Shown here in pieces: positions 59,957 through 64,000 of a stretch of DNA of 64,000 nt (its first letter is position 1; every line of letters begins with the position of its first letter). The position numbers were made by a program, and so were the translations under genes. The DNA is from a virus. The notes under the pieces are model-generated. The model worked only from the letters and a program-made list of their open reading frames with translations, was not told the origin of the DNA and did not search any database. The stretch covers positions 32,001 through 96,000 of IMG/VR virus record IMGVR_UViG_3300021139_000002. The stretch is one strand, 5' to 3'.

Positions 59957-60994
59957 ATGTCAACAAAATTTGAACAATTGTTAGACCTTTTAATCAATGA
60001 AGAACATGAAAAAGCAAATGAACTTTTCCATGAAATCGTTGTAGAAAAGTCTAGAGATATTTACGAGAACCTTATCGCTGAAGAAGAAGATGAGGAAATG
60101 GATGAAGCCGCCGACGAAGATATGGACGAAGGTGCTGATGAAGATATGGATGAGTCTGCCGACGAAGACATGGATGAGTCTGCTGATGAAGACATGGACG
60201 AAGGTGCTGATGAAGACATGGATGAGTCCGATGAAGAATTAGAAGATTCTTACATGATGGACGGTGAAGAAGATGGTGAGATCGGTGGCGATGCTACTGA
60301 TGATTTCGGTGCTGAAGTTGGCGCAGACCACGGTGAAATGGACCACGAAGGTGGCGAAGACCAAGCAATTTACGACATCAAGAGCGCTATCGAAGAACTA
60401 GAAGCTGCCTTTGCTGAATTAGAAAAAGCACAAGGTATGGAAACTGGTGATGACTTCGGTGACGAAGAAGGTGGAGAAGAAGGTGGAGAAGACGATATGA
60501 TGATGGGTAAACCAGCATTTGAAGGTCGTCGTATGACACGTGAGTACACTGAGAAAGTTGGAAACGATTGGGAAAAGAACAGCCAAAAAACAGCTGGCCC
60601 AGTAGGTTCCGGTTCTGGTGATAAAGCAGGTCAAACTTCTGTATCTAACACAAAAAGCCCAGTAAGTTCTGGTAAAGGTAAGCCTACAACAGGTGCTACC
60701 GCTGCTAACATCCTAGGTGATTCTAGTGTTGGTAAAGGCAAAAATACAGGCGATCGTCCTGATAGCCTAAACAAAGGTATTGCACAAGTTGCTGGTGAGA
60801 AGTTTGCTAAAGGTATGCACAACGTTGATGGCGTTAAGTCCGGCGTTAAGACCCTAAACAAACAAGGTTCTGGCTACCCAGGCAACAACAAAACAGCTGG
60901 TCCAGTTGGTTCTGGAACAGGTGACAAAGCAGGTCAAACAAGCGTTGGCCAAGCTAAGAGCCCATTAAACGGCGCTCCTAACCGCAACGCTTAA
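59957..60994 (+). CDS. Acidic prohead core protein (gp67-like position)
   Basis: Very acidic repeats, SD AGGAG, upstream of the protease. Start placed at ATG 59957. Confidence 0.7.
   Translation: MSTKFEQLLDLLINEEHEKANELFHEIVVEKSRDIYENLIAEEEDEEMDEAADEDMDEGADEDMDESADEDMDESADEDMDEGADEDMDESDEELEDSYMMDGEEDGEIGGDATDDFGAEVGADHGEMDHEGGEDQAIYDIKSAIEELEAAFAELEKAQGMETGDDFGDEEGGEEGGEDDMMMGKPAFEGRRMTREYTEKVGNDWEKNSQKTAGPVGSGSGDKAGQTSVSNTKSPVSSGKGKPTTGATAANILGDSSVGKGKNTGDRPDSLNKGIAQVAGEKFAKGMHNVDGVKSGVKTLNKQGSGYPGNNKTAGPVGSGTGDKAGQTSVGQAKSPLNGAPNRNA
60089..60229 (+). repeat. 24-nt coding tandem repeat, about 6 copies (DEDMDE[G/S]A)
   Basis: Units of GAYGARGAYATGGAYGARnnnGCY read directly from the sequence. 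Confidence 0.9.
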
Positions 60995-61007
60995 TTAGAG
61001 AAACAGG

Positions 61008-61640
61008 ATGCATCAAATAAGTTATCTACGCGAACACCTAAGTTTCGATCAGGCTGGAGTAATTCTCGAGTCTGACGATAAGGATGGAAAAAGCCTTTAC
61101 TTAAAAGGCATTGCCATCCAAGGTGGCATCCGCAATGCTAACCAACGTGTATACCCAGTTGACGAAATCGAACGTGCAGTTAAAACACTGAACGATCAAA
61201 TTCAAAATGGTTATAGCGTTCTAGGCGAAGTAGATCATCCTGATGATTTAAAAGTGAATTTGGACCGTGTATCCCATATGATCACTCAAATGTGGATGGA
61301 GGGTCCCAATGGTTATGGTAAGATGAAAATTTTACCTACGCCGATGGGTAACTTAGTTCGTACTATGCTTGAAAGCGGAGTAAAACTTGGTGTTAGTTCT
61401 CGTGGTAGTGGCAATGTCAACGACATGAATGGCCATGTATCCGATTTCGAGATTATCACGGTAGACGTAGTTGCTCAACCCAGTGCTCCTGGTGCGTATC
61501 CTACTCCTGTCTACGAGCATTTAATGAATGCCCGTGGCGGGATGAGAGCGTTTAAAGTTGCACAAGAAGTTAAAGAAGATCCAAAGGCCCAGAAATACCT
61601 TAAGGAAGCACTCCTTAATGTTATTAAAGGTCTAAAATAA
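61008..61640 (+). CDS. Prohead protease (gp21-like)
   Basis: NANQRVY, GEVDHP, VSH, LGVSSRGSG and DVVAQPSAP. Confidence 0.95.
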   Translation: MHQISYLREHLSFDQAGVILESDDKDGKSLYLKGIAIQGGIRNANQRVYPVDEIERAVKTLNDQIQNGYSVLGEVDHPDDLKVNLDRVSHMITQMWMEGPNGYGKMKILPTPMGNLVRTMLESGVKLGVSSRGSGNVNDMNGHVSDFEIITVDVVAQPSAPGAYPTPVYEHLMNARGGMRAFKVAQEVKEDPKAQKYLKEALLNVIKGLK

Positions 61641-61656
61641 GCCCGAGGAGAAATAA

Positions 61657-62751
61657 ATGTTGGACGCATTCAAACAATTAGTAGAATCAGGTGTAATGAC
61701 AGCAGAGACACAACAAGTTGTCGAAACTGCCCTTGCTCAGAAACTACAAGAAACACGCGACCAAGTTACCGCAGAACTTCGTGAAGAATTTGCACAAAAA
61801 TACAATCATGATAAAAGCATGATGGTAGAAGCAATCGACAAGATGTTAGGCGACCGCTTGACCGTTGAGATGTCCGAATTGTACGCTGACAAACAAGCTC
61901 TAGCCGAAGCAAAAGCACAATACCAACAACGTATTGCTGGTGATGCTAAAAAGCTAGAAGGGTTTGTTATCAATCAACTAGGAAAAGAATTAGTTGAGTT
62001 CCAAGGTGACCGTAAAAAAGTTGCTGAGAACTTCAGCAAGTTAGAGCAATTCGTAGTTCACGCTCTAACAAAAGAAATCCAAGAATTTGCAACAGACAAG
62101 AAAGATCTAGCTGAAACTAAAGTTAAGTTAGTTCGTGAAGCAAAGAGCAAATTTGAGGACTTAAAGCAAAACTTCATTAAGCGTTCCGCTAAGGTAGTTG
62201 AAAACGCGATAACACGCAATCTAACAACTGAAATCAAGCAATTGAAAGAAGATATTGATTCCGCTCGCAACAACGACTTTGGACGTAAAATTTATGAAGC
62301 CTTTGCACAAGAATTCTCTGGTTCATTCTTAAATGAAAAATCTGAAACAAGTAAATTGTTAAAGATTATCGCTAAGAAAGATCAAGAACTAGCAGAAGCA
62401 CAGCAAGCCGTAGCAGAAAAAGAATCTCTAGTAGAATCTACACAACGTGAAATTCGTGTCACAAAAGACCTAATGGAACGTAAGGCTGTTATGGGCGAGT
62501 TACTAGCACCCCTAAGTGCTGATAAAAAAGCAATCATGAAAGAACTGCTAGAGTCAACTCCTACGCAGAAACTAAATGAATCTTTTGACAAATACCTACC
62601 AGCAGTTATGGAAGGCCAGACACGTAAGACAGCTCCTAAGAAAGCTATGCTTGCAGAAGGTGCAGAAGTAACAGGAAATCGTGAAAGTAAGCCAGAGGTA
62701 GGCTTAGATAACATTTTAGACATCCGCAAGTTAGCGGGTATATCTAAATAA
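61657..62751 (+). CDS. Prohead scaffold (gp22-like)
   Basis: Coiled-coil protein between the protease and the major capsid gene. Confidence 0.85.
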   Translation: MLDAFKQLVESGVMTAETQQVVETALAQKLQETRDQVTAELREEFAQKYNHDKSMMVEAIDKMLGDRLTVEMSELYADKQALAEAKAQYQQRIAGDAKKLEGFVINQLGKELVEFQGDRKKVAENFSKLEQFVVHALTKEIQEFATDKKDLAETKVKLVREAKSKFEDLKQNFIKRSAKVVENAITRNLTTEIKQLKEDIDSARNNDFGRKIYEAFAQEFSGSFLNEKSETSKLLKIIAKKDQELAEAQQAVAEKESLVESTQREIRVTKDLMERKAVMGELLAPLSADKKAIMKELLESTPTQKLNESFDKYLPAVMEGQTRKTAPKKAMLAEGAEVTGNRESKPEVGLDNILDIRKLAGISK

Positions 62752-62777
62752 TTTAAAATTCAAGGAGACAATATAAA

Positions 62778-63959
62778 ATGTCACAACTATTAAATGAAAG
62801 ATGGTCAGAGACCAAAGAAACTCTGCTTGAAGGCCTACAAGGTACACGTCGTTCTTCTATGGCAGTTTGCTTAGAAAACACACGTAAGTACTTGGCTGAA
62901 AGCGCCACAGCTGGTGCAACAAGCGCAGGTAACGTAGCAACACTTAACCGTGTTATTCTTCCAGTTATCCGCCGTGTTATGCCTACGGTTATTGCTAACG
63001 AGATCATCGGTGTTCAACCTATGACTGGTCCAGTTGGTCAAATCCATACACTACGTGTACGTTATGCAGATAACGGAAGCGATGTTGTAGCTGGTGAAGA
63101 AGCATTGAGCCCATTCAAGATCGCTCAAGCATATTCTGGTAACGACGGTACAGGTGGTGCATATAAAGCTGCTGCTACAAGTACTTTAGAAGGTACACCA
63201 GGTAAGCGTATGAGCATCCAAATCTTGAAAGCTCCAGTCGAAGCTAAGTCTCGTAAACTAAGCGCTCGTTGGACTTTCGAGGCTGCACAAGATGCACAAG
63301 CTCAACAAGGTATTGATATCGAAGCAGAAATCATGGCCGCTTTAGCTCAAGAAATTACAGCTGAAATCGACCAAGAAATCCTAGCTTCTCTACGTAACTT
63401 AGCAACCGTAGAAGAAACATATGACCAGTCATTAGTTTCTGGTACAGCTACATTCGTCGGTGACGAACACGCTGCTCTAGCTATCCAAATCAACCGTGTA
63501 AGCAACTTGATTGCTCAACGTACACGTCGTGGTTCTGGTAACTGGGCTGTTGTTTCTAACCAAGCATTGACAATTCTTCAATCTGCTACAACTAGTGCGT
63601 TTGCTCGTACTACAGAAGGCACATTTGAAGCTCCAACAAACACCAAGTTTGTTGGTACATTGAACGGTGCTATGCGTGTTTATGTAGATGCATATCTACC
63701 AGACACAGGATACGACAACAACCAAGTTCTAGTTGGATACAAAGGTTCTAGCGAAGCTGATGCGGCTGCGTTCTATTGCCCATACATTCCTCTAATGTCT
63801 TCTGGTGTTGTTCTAGATCCAGCAACATTTGAACCAGTAGTTGGTTTCTTAACTCGTTACGGATACGTCGAGTTAAGCAACACAGCATCTAGCTTAGGCA
63901 ATGCTGCTGACTACCTAGGTAAAGTTGCTATCACTAGCGCAAACGTAAGCTTCAAGTAA
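62778..63959 (+). CDS. Major capsid protein (gp23-like)
   Basis: GVQPMTGPVGQI, SRKLSARWT.EAAQD, EITAEID, FYCPYIPL and TRYG. Confidence 0.97.
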   Translation: MSQLLNERWSETKETLLEGLQGTRRSSMAVCLENTRKYLAESATAGATSAGNVATLNRVILPVIRRVMPTVIANEIIGVQPMTGPVGQIHTLRVRYADNGSDVVAGEEALSPFKIAQAYSGNDGTGGAYKAAATSTLEGTPGKRMSIQILKAPVEAKSRKLSARWTFEAAQDAQAQQGIDIEAEIMAALAQEITAEIDQEILASLRNLATVEETYDQSLVSGTATFVGDEHAALAIQINRVSNLIAQRTRRGSGNWAVVSNQALTILQSATTSAFARTTEGTFEAPTNTKFVGTLNGAMRVYVDAYLPDTGYDNNQVLVGYKGSSEADAAAFYCPYIPLMSSGVVLDPATFEPVVGFLTRYGYVELSNTASSLGNAADYLGKVAITSANVSFK

Positions 63960-64000
63960 TCAAATACTTGGCTTAAAAAGCAAAACAAAAACGCCCTTCG

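Noticed and set aside
60089-60229. Tandem repeats as a possible CRISPR array
   Set aside because: In-frame 24-nt coding repeats with third-position variation and no unique spacers; no cas genes present.
63985-64000. Terminator after the major capsid gene
   Set aside because: Only the 5' arm and TTCG loop (ACGCCCTTCG) are inside the window, so it cannot be confirmed.
1-64000. Alternative genetic code (stop-codon reassignment)
   Set aside because: Core genes are full length in the standard code and coding density is high.

Overview
This window is part of the genome of a large, AT-rich T4-like (myovirus, probably jumbo) bacteriophage. From left to right: (1) 1-2.2 kb, modular basic proteins that look capsid-packaged, including a zinc-deaminase. 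(2) 2.2-22 kb, + strand, driven by near-consensus sigma70 promoters: family B DNA polymerase, sliding clamp, a 7-deazaguanine DNA-modification cluster (DpdA/TGT-like transglycosylase, T-fold QueD/DpdL-like protein, GT-B glycosyltransferase, cupin, MazG-like protein, QueE), an antisense radical SAM gene, RNase H, a MoxR AAA/VWA pair and ThyA. (3) 22-48.6 kb, - strand: baseplate and tail module, including a ~3,930 aa protein and gp6-, gp25-, gp5- and gp53-like genes. (4) gp55-like late sigma factor, gp47/gp46, and a GIY-YIG nuclease followed by a ~430 nt structured non-coding region. (5) A tail-chaperone gene with a -1 frameshift, a tape-measure-like gene, and the head module (portal, core proteins, protease, scaffold, major capsid). 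The strongest leads are a possibly glycosylated 7-deazaguanine DNA modification, a GIY-YIG-linked large structured RNA, an unannotated -1 frameshift product, a virion-targeted deaminase and polyproteins, and twin operator hairpins before the polymerase. All calls come from motif recognition by eye; no database searches were run.
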